A stretch of 64,000 nucleotides of DNA from Zancudomyces culisetae HAW-14-8. Lineage: Eukaryota > Fungi > Kickxellomycota. The stretch is taken from the NCBI GenBank assembly GCA_052426225.1, contig JBNJNM010000006.1:1550001-1614000 (forward strand). The letters run 5' to 3'. Below are positions 26,301 through 36,723 of the stretch, one piece after another. Made by a program: the position numbers and the translations under genes. Position 1 is the stretch's first letter. Every line of letters starts with the position of its first letter. The notes beneath the pieces were generated by a model. The model had not been told where the DNA came from, did not search any database, and saw nothing but the letters and a program-made list of their open reading frames with translations.

Positions 26301-26977
26301 CAGTAACACCATCATATAGCGGTGTTAATGAATCCAAAGATTTTGACCATGAACTGAGCTCTTTTGTTAAGACGGACCATTCTAGAATAGCTGATGAGAA
26401 AACTGCTGTTTTTGATCAAAGCACACTCATTCCCTCAACAAATCCCACCAAAAACGCGGATACACATACACATACACACGTTTACCTTCCAAACAGAGAG
26501 ATCCGTTTAAGTGTATCATCTATCCAACTGCAAACGAAAAACTTCACTCTTGATGAAAATAATAGGAGTGATGTACTCACTCATTCCAGCGACGATTCAG
26601 CAAGCTTTATGAGGTTCGGCAATGTGACCCTGGATAGCGTTTACAATTTTCCCATCCCTCCTATCAATACCCTAGATAAAAGTCATGCAGACCTTCACGC
26701 CACTACCGACGACCTTGATGTAGGAAACGGCGTTCATTCCAATACATCCCGCTCCAGTATTGACATAAACTCTATCCTTCCAGTTTATACCCCTGGTCAC
26801 GATTCCTCTAACAATTATAAAAATGGTGTTTCGTGCTCTGCACCGCCATTCTCTAGTATTCCCAACCCCGATATTAATCAGTTCAGCAACTTTGATATTT
26901 CCAGAAATAACCATTACCTTGATCCGATGGGTACAGGTCATACGTTGGCATTCCCTCTACTAAGCAGTACTCCCTAA
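23390..26977 (+). CDS. Protein tyrosine phosphatase with N-terminal rhodanese-like domain (Ptp2/Ptp3/Pyp1-type MAPK phosphatase)
   Basis: Rhodanese motifs LVIDTR..YTKSHVLNAI and LEGGYKKF. PTP motifs NRYPNV, DYINANFV, YILTQGPL, DFWQMIWEQ, VVHCSAGCGRSG, and Q-loop VVQSLDQF. Confidence 0.95.
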   Translation: MNNLKKIFNFKKGKKEGKRNAKPQKTQIVEVPSWERDGYITENEYVIMPYKVDMFDDEKISIASKGLYKWESITLVDGNESSAWETLGRYVDSGYKKLGLVHDKKTRKSFFQNNKRENSHEGQPSDNSQSDDTQCSTSRGGVSKRLLVDVEQGLQYNDRFVQDQPKDKSCSRSGSKVKAKKSYKKEFKKSMSGSKSKRLYSLRINRSAKAGKMEVEELEKLVRERLDSLLVIDTRNIQQYTKSHVLNAISLEQLKACDRGARKILGQTVRKGISQLIEEYINAVGGLVEKIVIYDDDNSGSAWKAAAICRDQLRGFTIYTLEGGYKKFYENAKSLCYVLKVNETEAGITIPSWLEERSKEKIGDMGVAATYFDKLTISERARIVKIREGTDKDDCSYSFNSGYMRIGQNRYPNVLPYDSSRVKLHVSSTNKESNDYINANFVGMEDGPQYILTQGPLQSTTPDFWQMIWEQNVNVIVMLGELTENGVEKCYAYWPAAVGVWHRFRTRDSDCVISVRMEAAADDCNCKEIVTRMFRIRASINGRVTGKARVVTQIQYLAWKDNSTPDTPRGLIRTISLANMASTSYQDQGVVSAENDSKTHPIVVHCSAGCGRSGVFAAVDTALLLKKDETPVVQGNYDPLFSIVSTFRKQRMGVVQSLDQFLFCYKAILYNLKSTDDLKYPQLDILNLSTEQKKMVTQWNRLRSNVFPPDSNNLVWIMVGLLEIAMELKILQLNHHAVNNTSRRQGIATVSNSTTASARTDVNIRDFLSMSMDSYLKYFFSHKSSQASKKEDSTIAQRLIHDNETKYNLDHITLLDPPAFKLNGKSKQKLISNPGSAGSTSLNSSGSRVGKYFPSSKALIQPFPSTNNSIKIAILDNSALEATKNTTLELDDKNPVGGLKTHLLGAKAGNNMENITSPSQRMNFKNPSASASPKSKKAPAGLSIIVGSQKIGVDNYQTNPDLISSSVKQSSVTPSYSGVNESKDFDHELSSFVKTDHSRIADEKTAVFDQSTLIPSTNPTKNADTHTHTHVYLPNREIRLSVSSIQLQTKNFTLDENNRSDVLTHSSDDSASFMRFGNVTLDSVYNFPIPPINTLDKSHADLHATTDDLDVGNGVHSNTSRSSIDINSILPVYTPGHDSSNNYKNGVSCSAPPFSSIPNPDINQFSNFDISRNNHYLDPMGTGHTLAFPLLSSTP

Positions 26978-27522
26978 CCTGTATCGATTAATTCACCATG
27001 CATTTATTTTTATTCACGCCCTTGTGGCAAAGTTTTACTATCGATTTTTTTTACACCTGTTATTTTTATATGCTAGAAATCGATGTATTTTTCGGTGCAT
27101 TTGCATTTCAATTTTGTAAAACTATTCGAGATTAACATTCCAAAATAAAAGTGGCATGCATTCCCCAACGAACCCGATTTGTTGCAAAATGAAAAAATAT
27201 CCTCGAATGTTTGTCGGCCTCTCAATCCCAAATTTGAATACATGAAACAAATCACACCACAGTTTTTAAATTCCATTTTATGGACCGAGCCAGGAAGGGC
27301 GCTCAAAAATATCACGATGGTCGCAGAAAGCGCCGGAAAAAAAAAGTGAAAAGTCGGTTGGCCAGAAAAAGGTATAAAACCTGCTCGAAACGCAAGGATG
27401 CATTCTTTTTCTTTTTCTCTTTACAGCTAGATATATACTTTACAAAAACACACACACGCACTGCCGTTACCATTTTTTAACGTCAGTAAGGATAACAGCA
27501 AAATAGATATAACAATTCGAAA

Positions 27523-28434
27523 ATGCCGCTAACAACTCCAAAGGTAGCAGTTATAGGAGGAGGAGGTAATGTAGGTTCAGCAACAGCCTTTTCTCTAGTT
27601 ACAATGAAGTTTCCTGTGAGTATTTTGATTGTGGATGTTGATGAAGATTTGGCCAGAGGACAAGCACTAGATATCAACGACGCAGCATTCCTATCACCAG
27701 CTACATGTGCCGCTGGAACTTTTCAAGAGGCAGGCCAATGTGACGTCATCATAATAACTGCAGGAGCCCGTCAGAGACCAAACGAGCCACGCTCTGAGCT
27801 TATAGGAAGAAACTATACTATCATCAACTCGATTATGGAAAAAATGCAGCCAATAAAGAGCAGCGCTGTGATTTTAATGGTATCAAACCCTGTTGACATT
27901 TTGACCGCCATTTCCCAAAAAACGTCCGGATTACCAAAAAATCAAGTCATAGGTTCCGGTACCTTTTTGGATTCTGGACGACTGAGAAACGAGCTGTCAA
28001 GAATACTAGGAATCTCACCGAGCTCGATTCACTCCGGAACTTTAGGTGAACACGGAGATTCACAGTTTGTTGGCTGGTCCATCTCATCTGTTGGTGGAAC
28101 ACCATTACTGGGACACCCAAAGCTAAAAGGTGTAGATTTACAAAAACTTGAGAAAGAAGTCAGCCGCAAAGCCTATTCAATTATCGAGGCCAAGGGCTCC
28201 ACATATTACGGAGTCGGTTTGCATGTAGCCCACATTGCTAGAAGTATTTTAGGTGACGAAAGTAAAGTATATCCTGTATGTAACTACGTTGAGGAGTATG
28301 ACTGTTACTTGTCGGTTCCTGCAATTGTAGGAGCGCATGGTGCATCTCCACTTCCACTTCGACTAAACGAGGAGGAAACCGAAAAACTCAAGACTGCAGC
28401 CGAAAAAATCAAATCATTCTGTGACATGTATTAG
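27523..28434 (+). CDS. ldh: NAD-dependent L-lactate dehydrogenase
   Basis: Rossmann motif KVAVIGGGGNVG. TAGARQRPNEPR has the LDH-specifying Gln. Also VSNPVD, GSGTFLDSGR, GEHGDSQ and KGSTYYG. Intronless. Confidence 0.93.
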   Translation: MPLTTPKVAVIGGGGNVGSATAFSLVTMKFPVSILIVDVDEDLARGQALDINDAAFLSPATCAAGTFQEAGQCDVIIITAGARQRPNEPRSELIGRNYTIINSIMEKMQPIKSSAVILMVSNPVDILTAISQKTSGLPKNQVIGSGTFLDSGRLRNELSRILGISPSSIHSGTLGEHGDSQFVGWSISSVGGTPLLGHPKLKGVDLQKLEKEVSRKAYSIIEAKGSTYYGVGLHVAHIARSILGDESKVYPVCNYVEEYDCYLSVPAIVGAHGASPLPLRLNEEETEKLKTAAEKIKSFCDMY

Positions 28435-30373
28435 GGACAGCTCATTTAGCCAGGTTAACACCTACCCTTTTCTTTTCTTTTCTTTCTTTTTTCTTTTTTT
28501 TAAGAAAGATCACACCCAGACATTTCTCCATATTTAACACCATAATTTGTGTATAGTTTTTCAATGGTCTGACCGATTTTTACTATAACCCAAAATGATT
28601 TCTGGGGAGGCTTTAAAGTTGTGAGTAGATTTTTTTTAGAACGGGGAAAGGGTGAGGAGAAGCGAGTTAAAATATAAATAAATAGTCCATACAATAAATC
28701 TCGGGTGGTATGGTATCAGTAAATCCCCAGTCGATAACCTTGTATTACTAACACAGGGGTTTTTTTTGATAGAGTCACCAAACTTTAAAAGAAACCCAAT
28801 GTGCAGTCACCTTTAAACTTGGTCTTGTATTCGATCATATATTTATCGTCTAAAAGCTATGTGTGAATGTGCAGTTTAAAACTTTGTTATACATTTTGTA
28901 TTCCTCACGAAAATAAGTAGAATCTGAGTTACTTAATATTCGTTATTATCCTTCAATGGTTTTTATGGGGCATTCCTTTTTCTAGATCAAGCACTTCACC
29001 AAATTCCGTAAATGGTATTTAAAGGACAGGATATTATTGACTCTTGTTGCAAACTCTGAAAAAACTAAATAATTTGAAAAATGACTGCCTATTAATCGGA
29101 TGGAGGGAGCGGTGCAGAAAATGTGTTATTTTAGTTGAACAAAACACACCTCAAATCTCAAATATATATAGGATGGGTGATTAGCAAAATTAGATCAAGC
29201 GCACCTCAGGTATTTAGAGCACTTGGGCGTGATTGGTCTAGTGATACATGAGCAAAGTATTTTTAGAGGCACATCCTCATCCAAGCTGAGGAGTCGTAGA
29301 TAAAATTAATACTGACTTGCGTTTGATGCTAATTTTATGTTAGTGCAATTGGTTGTGCGATCCAAATTAAATATATAAAAGCTGGTGTTAAATAATAATG
29401 ACTTTAAAACTCCAATTCTGTTTGTAAAAGAATTGGATTTGATAATGTTTTTGTGATTTGTAGGTAATGGCTCAGACAGAAATGATATTAAAAAAACCCA
29501 ACAAGCTCAGTGGACAGAGTGGATTAGCGCACAAATGGTTATTTGATAGCAAATACTGACAAGTAAAAATGTGTTGTTTACAGCTTTTGTTAGTTGCTGC
29601 AGTCTTTTATTCAACCAAGACGATAAATAAAAGCAGATACGTTAAGAATGTGTTTGCCAAACACAGTTGTGTGTAACAAGTGTCATTGTGAGATATAAAT
29701 ATCGGGGGGTAGCACTATATTTAATGTTTCTAGTTTGGTGTTCTTATTTTTCTGATACAATACAACTTAATATAAAGATATATAACTAATCCAATGTATA
29801 TACAAAAAGTCCAATCAATAGCTCAACTATCTTAGAGTCATAAAAAAACAAACACAAAAAGCTAAGATAAGAGTTTGGTATGTAATAGAGACACTCCTAT
29901 TACGGACCATATAGTAGACCAGATAATAAACCTTTTATTTACTAGTACTGTTAAATATTTGCCCTAATATACTTGATATACAAATAATACCTCTTTCAAA
30001 CAAAGTTTGTTTAGACAAACAACTTCAAGACGAACATATTTCGATAACTAGAAAACGATAAACAGAGTAAGTATGCGTTAAGTACTAAATGAACAAGAGA
30101 GTAGGTGGCTCTGATGCCTTGGTTAAGAACTGCATGTATTGTGTTTGTATTCAAAGACATCATTTTAAATCTTATAAAATTGCTTTGTGCTTTTTTTTAA
30201 TATCCTTTTCGATAATTACCTCGTTTTCAAAAGTGTTGAAAATTATCAATTACTAGGCTATTTTATTATTTTCTTTGCTCTATTGATAATTCAGAAAAAG
30301 ACTATATCTAATTGTGATATTTAAGTATTAACAAACGTCTACTAAACTCCTTGACGCTCATCTGATTTTAAAA

Positions 30374-31481
30374 ATGAAATTTATTAGAAAAATAATGGGG
30401 AGAAAAAGCAAAAAGGGGAAGGCAAATCCACCACAATCGGCGTATGACACAGGTGTTGACACTTCAGCTAATAGTGAGATGCGGTCTGCTGAGATATCGG
30501 AACAGTATACGAGTATTGTAGTAGGAACGGATGATGCTGCTATTTCCACGCCAGCTAGCGTACATGTGGATAGACGGGCTACGGACAGTGAATCGATGAA
30601 AGCCAGCACCGTAAAAAGCGGAAAGAGTGGAGCTACAAGTGAAAAACATGGCGGCTCTGGTACGCAAAGCCACGTACTTGGGACGGTAGAGGTCAACTCA
30701 TCTAAAGCTACACTACAAGAAAAGGGAGCAAAACGACGCAAAGTTCGATTTTATTTGCTGCTGTTCAAGGTGTTGATTGTACTTCTCTGTATTGCATGTT
30801 TGGGATTCACTTTCGGTTCAAATAGCGTAAGTACACGTATCAGCAGTCGTTTTTTTAAAAGTGTAAAAATAGTGACGTCGTTAAGACAGCGATATCTAAC
30901 ACTCCAAATCAAAAGACTAGTATTGATGAATTTTCCGTTTTATACCATGATTTTATTTGCACTTATTAAAAACATTGCTATCACTACTACTAACACTGCT
31001 GATATTACCAAACTCTATAGGTATCTAATACTAGACCTAACAACTATGTTGCTGGCCAAATACCAATGGCTGTGATTGCGTCTGTGTCATTAATCGCTTC
31101 TTTCCGGGTGATATTTAAAATAATGTCTAAGAAATCGTATGATAGGGCCACGTCTGGCTACAAGAGACAAATTATAGGAATAAATATCATATTGGTGCTC
31201 CTCTGGGCTGGAATGTGTGCAGTCTCGATACTGGTTGTCGAATGTGCATTTAAGACCGTCAAGGGTTATGGCGGATGGTAAATCTTGATTACAATATTTA
31301 TTATATGGTTTATTGAACATTAGGAAACATATTAATTCAATACATTAAATGACATCAATAATGTATTATTTTGAATAGGTGCGCAATGTTTACTGCTGGC
31401 GTATCGTGTGGTATAGCTGTAGGAGCTTTGGAGTTACTCTCTGTGTTTATGGAAATTTTGTGGTTAGCGAGCTTCGACTAA
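30374..31481 (+). CDS. Four-TM MARVEL-like membrane protein with Ser-rich N-terminus. Exons 30374-30826, 31021-31277, 31379-31481
   Basis: Two GT-AG introns join ORFs 30374 and 31066 and a third exon (WCAMFTAGVSCGIAVGALELLSVFMEILWLASFD*). Four hydrophobic segments, with a Cys pair between TM3 and TM4 as in fungal MARVEL proteins. Family assignment is tentative. Confidence 0.75.
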
Positions 31482-31873
31482 AATATTTAAAAACGAGAGA
31501 AATTCTTGTTTCCGCCACTCATAACTTTTTTTCCTAAACACGTTGCAACTGTGTCTACAAACTATTTAACACAACTCCCTAAATAACAAAAACAATTCAA
31601 ATTGCAAGATCACTTGGTTTCGAATATTACTTCTTTATAAGAGTTAAATAGTTTGTTATAGTATTATTAATAAAAACCTATGTACAATTTGTTTTACAAT
31701 ACAGGAGGCCAAAAACATTATATGTAAGGCTAAAAGCGAAACTTCCAATCACTAGCGGTACACTTTTTTTTTCGTACCTCTGACCACGCTGTTAACATTT
31801 TGGCTACCGTTTACACTACGTTGTATATGCAGCTAAATGATTCCCCCGTATAGTGATAAAAAAAAGTTTAAAA

Positions 31874-32227
31874 CTATTCGATGTTGGTCGAATCTGCGTT
31901 ATTTTCAGGTTTAGCTTCATTAATCACGTCATCAAGCATTTTCAAGATCGTGTCCAGCCGAGATTCAACATGATCCATTGCCTGTTCGGTTTTTGAAATA
32001 CTCGAGTACAGAGATGCAATGTCAGATTTTTCGGCTCCATTTACAGAATCCTGTTGCTGGCTGGGCACAAGATTTTCGGAGCCAAGGGTTATGTTGTCAA
32101 TGTTTGATTTTATTTCGTCCAAAAACTCAGTCAAGCGCATGTTTCCAATTTCAAGTGAGTCAAGGGGACTATCATCTCCCAGCCTGTCAGTTTTTTCTTT
32201 ACTACTGTTGGAATCCTCTGAAGTCAT
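31874..32227 (-). CDS. Small acidic coiled-coil protein (117 aa), possibly UPF0184/bublin-like
   Basis: ATG-initiated ORF with protein-like composition and the heptad segment LYSSISKTEQAMDHVESRLDTILKMLDDVI. Divergent from TRS23. Family guess is weak. Confidence 0.65.
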   Translation of the reverse strand: MTSEDSNSSKEKTDRLGDDSPLDSLEIGNMRLTEFLDEIKSNIDNITLGSENLVPSQQQDSVNGAEKSDIASLYSSISKTEQAMDHVESRLDTILKMLDDVINEAKPENNADSTNIE

Positions 32228-32517
32228 TCTTGTATTTTTGTTGCATTTAATGGCTGGAATTCAACTTTAATGCTAAAAGCAATCCAAAAAAGAGATAATT
32301 AAACAGTTCAGAATTTATTTTGCCAGCATTTGGGTTTGGCGTTGCTTTCTGTTTGGTCTGGGGTTTTACATAATTGGCAAATTTTCATAATTTATTTTAA
32401 TTGTTGTGTTGCTACTTTAGACCCTCCTTGTTCGTTTTTTTTGTTTCAACTCAACAGATTAAATATATTATCTCTTTACAGAGAGGACAGCCGAACTCAA
32501 AGAAAAGTAACAGAAAA

Positions 32518-33112
32518 ATGATTTATTCCCTGTTTATAATAAACAAGGCCGGGGGTCTGATTTACAACAAAACCTACAACGAAGGGCTGGCGAAACTGAA
32601 TTCAAACGAGTATCTGATTATGGCGGGAACCTTTCATGGAATATATGCAATCGCTTCGAGGATTTCTCCACATGCTGGAGAGAACATTGCATCATCCGGG
32701 ATAGAACTAATTGAGACAGATAACATAAATATGCATTGCTACCAGACACCAACAGGTATGCTTGTTTTTTTTTCTTTCTATATTCAGGTTTTAGTAGCTG
32801 GAGAAGGGTGTTATGGCCTCAGGTGTACAGAAAAAAAGATGAAGATGAGAATACCATCGTTCACAAAGAGATGAAAAGTGTCATAATTAATGTAAGCTGG
32901 CATAATACCAAACGTTCTTCTATTGCACATAAATAGGCGTGATGTTTATTGTTGTTTCAGATCCCGACCAGAATCATGTAGATGTTGTACTCAAAAAAGT
33001 TTACGAGATTTACAGTGACTACGTGCTGAAAAATCCGTTTCATACGCCAGAGATGCCAATCAAATCCGAAATGTTTGATACCCACTTGCGGATGCTAATC
33101 AAACCGAATTGA
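32518..33112 (+). CDS. TRS23: TRAPP complex subunit Trs23/TRAPPC4 (sybindin). Exons 32518-32755, 32937-33112
   Basis: MIYSLFIINKAGGLIY...NEYLIMAGTFHGIYAI...YQTPTG|VMFIVVSD...YEIYSDYVLKNPFHTPEMPIKSEMFD. Confidence 0.95.
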
Positions 33113-34105
33113 TATATGTTTTAGTTGATTTTTGAGGTGCGAAAAGAATGAATCTGCAGTAGAATAGATGGTGTATTATATTTTATATATATGTGTATTT
33201 ACAATAGAAGTATCCTATTAAAATTGTGTTTGTGTGTAAACGAAATACAAGGAGAAGGGGATGGGTGAAAGCATTCAAAAAAAATATGCGTATATCTGAG
33301 TTGGAATGCTGTTTATGATTGCACTTTTGACAAGTGGTCATATACCAGTATCGAGTATTTAGCCTTACAACCATGAAAATGGACTCAGGTGTTGTAAGAG
33401 AAAAAAATGGGCAACACTGATGGCCGTTTACAACGCTACCAGTACATATTGTAGCCATGAACCCAAATACTAGGAGGATGTGTTCAGAAATATGGCTAGA
33501 AACGTGAGACCTGGTTGGTTTTACTTACTTGGTTCCTGCTTTGTTTTGCAAAGCATGAGGAACATGTACAAGCAAAAGTGTTGGGCTAGAGCTATGCGGA
33601 CCTCACTGGGATTGGAAACGCTTGCTTGGTTTAATATTGAGCTGATGGCAGTGATGTTACAGAATGTGAGGATGCCAGAGATTTTTTTTTGGTGGGTTTT
33701 TGTATTTATTGGTCAAAAAATGGTTGCAATAAGAAAAAAAAACGAGCTTAATCCACTTGATTATGGTTTTTATTTCCGGTTGTATAGGCGCAAACAATAG
33801 CTAATTGTTGGACAAAAAAATTTTTTGAAATGCTTTTTCTGATTTTGTTTACATTAAGCATTTAATAAGCAAAGACAAACAAATATTTAGTTATTTAGCA
33901 TGATATTACGGGATTTTTTCTTTTACTATTCAATGTGCTGTATAAATCAATAATATAAGATACTATCATATACTATTTTCATAACCTGCAAGCAGCAAAC
34001 ATAAAACTGTAATACCACCAAGTTAGAAACAACTGCAAGGATTCTAGTTACCACGCAGATATCAACCATTTGGAAGTATACAGGGAAACACTTTGTGACG
34101 GACAA

Positions 34106-36622
34106 ATGTTAAAGATAGATAATTCATCAATTGAAGCAAGCAGGGGGGAGGTGGACCCACCACAAACACCCGACAAATCGAGTAAAAAACTGACGAAATT
34201 AGAGTCAGAAATGGAAGAAGGTGTTAAGGAGCTCGTGGTGGATGAATTGTGCGAGGTAGGGAATAGGTGGTCACCGCAATCCAAGGTCTCTGGGCAGCGG
34301 TTGCTTGAAGGGTTGAGTACAGAAATAGAGAGATCGGCCAAAGCGAGCAAAAGCATCAAAAAGAAAGTAATCTTTGGCTCGCCTGTTTCTGCAAACGACA
34401 CGTTTCCACCTCTTAGCCCACTTGTAAACAAAGGCAAGCTTGAAGGGCTTTCAAATAAGGTTAACAGAATCAAGGATGAGCTAACGAAAGGTAATATATA
34501 CGATTCTATTGTACTAATACTTTATTATATGTCTGCTTGTTGCTGTGTGGGCACATAAAATGGCGGGGAAAGGACGAAGGGAAGTAATGTAGTGATACAA
34601 AGAATAAAAGCAATACCTTTTCATAAATGAATCTAGACTTGGTGATGTTATCGCCGTTAATAAATCGGTCAAGGGCTAAAAATGACTGTGAAGTATTGGA
34701 TAGAATATCTGAAGAGTTTAGTGAGATGGAGAGTATGGCAAGAGTGGATAAGAAGGAAATAAGAGGTGAAGATCTTGTTTTCAATTTTGATTTTGAGGCT
34801 CTAAAAGCGGAAAGTAGAAAAAAAAAGCAGCGAATGTCAACGGAAAGCACAGGTAAAAATACTTTGCATACTTGACAAAGTCATAATGTATATTTGCTTT
34901 ACCCAAAGAAGGGGTAAAAGAAATCATAGTCATTGGATAAATTTCAGATATTTAGTTTACTTTTACAAGAGACAGGAATTCAACTCACTTTATTTTAAAT
35001 AGTGGTTGAGGGTTCTTATGCGGATACCGGTACAACAGGGGAGACTGTCCTTGAAAGAGAGATAGAAATGGAAATGGTAAGAAAAAACAAACATTTACTT
35101 GTCATATGTATAACATTTTCATAATAAGATTACAGGCGTAAGAAAAGCAAAATATTAAGAGAGCGTAAATAATATAGCGGGGAATGCAGGACTATTTTGA
35201 AGAGCAAGAGAGCTTCGGGATTGAAGAAAAAGAGTTTGTCAATGTGACAAAGATCTTGGGAATGCCGAGATATTGTAACAAAATAATGTACAAAAAGATG
35301 AGAGAGCTTGGATGGGGTAGCGATAACAACAAAGAGGTGCATAATGGATTTCTAGAGTTTAGCAGGTAGAGCAACATTCATACTAATAGGCGTCATCATT
35401 TATTTTAAGGAATTATTTATTAAAAAAAGTGAGATAAAATAGATATTGGCGGAAGCTAAGGGTTAGACATGAGGATGATAGGGAAAAGATACTGTTTGAT
35501 ATAATAAGCAGAGGCAAGGGGTATGCAAAAAGGGCAGATCTGAGAGATATAGTGTATGATGTAATAGAGAACCATACCGAACTTAAATTTCTGGAAGGTC
35601 ACGCAGTATTTGAAGAGAAATTCTGCGAAACGATAATAGAGCGGATATTTTACGAGGCAAATAGTTATATAGGGGACAAGATGGGGTATAGACAATACAA
35701 GAAAGTCAATATGTTAAAAATATTAAAGGGGATAGAGGATTTAGGCATCGATGTAAATGTAGAGCATCCCAGTGTATTTTCGTACAAACACTTTTACGTT
35801 ATATTTTGTAGTTTTTATGAATTGGATGAAGACAAGGATGGTTATATTTGCGGCAAAAACCTGAAAAGGTACTTTGATGGAGCATTACCGAAACGGGTGA
35901 TATCGCGTATACTGAATGGTAAAGGAAAGCCAAAAGCAAGTTTGGTTGTAGAGGGCGATGGTGGAGAGAAAAGGCATAAGAAAAAGGCGATGGACTACGG
36001 TGATTTTGTTTGGTTTTTGGTTGCAGAAATCGACAAAGGAAGTGAGACGGCAGTGGGGTATTGGTTTCGGATACTTGATTTGGATGAAGATGGAATTCTT
36101 AGCCTTTATGAGTTGGAGTATTTCTACGAAGAAATATGTCAGAAAATGGAAATAGATAACAACGGTGAGAAGATAACGCTGGCAGATATTACATGTCAGC
36201 TGATAGATATGGTCAGACCAAAGGAGATAGGGAAGGTAACTGTAAGCGACATCAAGAAACTTAAATATGATCTGAGGCCTATTTTCTTTGATGCATTTAT
36301 TAACTTGTATCGGTTTTATGAGCATGAGAACCGCGCCAGTGCGTTACACAAACAGTTGGCAAAGTTTATGGCGCTGAAGCTTGCGGCGTATAACACAAAT
36401 GGTGGTGACAGCAGTAGTGACAATGAGAATGGTACTGACCATGATCATGGAAAAACAAACCAAAAAAATAGCGACTTTTCGCAAAAAAACATAAAGAAAA
36501 GCAAGCTGACAGTCAAAGAAATCGTAGAGTTAAGAATCAAGTTTCTGGAGAATAGACGTAATCCATGGACAGAGTTTGCAGACTTGGAGTATGAGGGGTT
36601 AATTTCAGAAGAGGCAGAGTGA
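34106..36622 (+). CDS. PP2A regulatory subunit B'' (PR72/PR130-type, EF-hand). Exons 34106-34490, 34637-34852, 35003-35076, 35178-35365, 35443-36622
   Basis: FSYKHFYVIFCSFYELDEDKDGYI, MDYGDFVWFLVAEIDK, YWFRILDLDEDGILSLYELEYFY and WTEFADLEYEGL are B'' family hallmarks. Four GT-AG introns keep the frame; the 5' exons are less certain. Confidence 0.9.
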
Positions 36623-36723
36623 TTGGCTGTAGAATTAAAATCGATTTTGTTGGACAAGAGCGATCTTTTATTTTTCTTTGCCAAATCCTCCTTATTCCCT
36701 TGGTAGTATTTTATTATTTAGTT

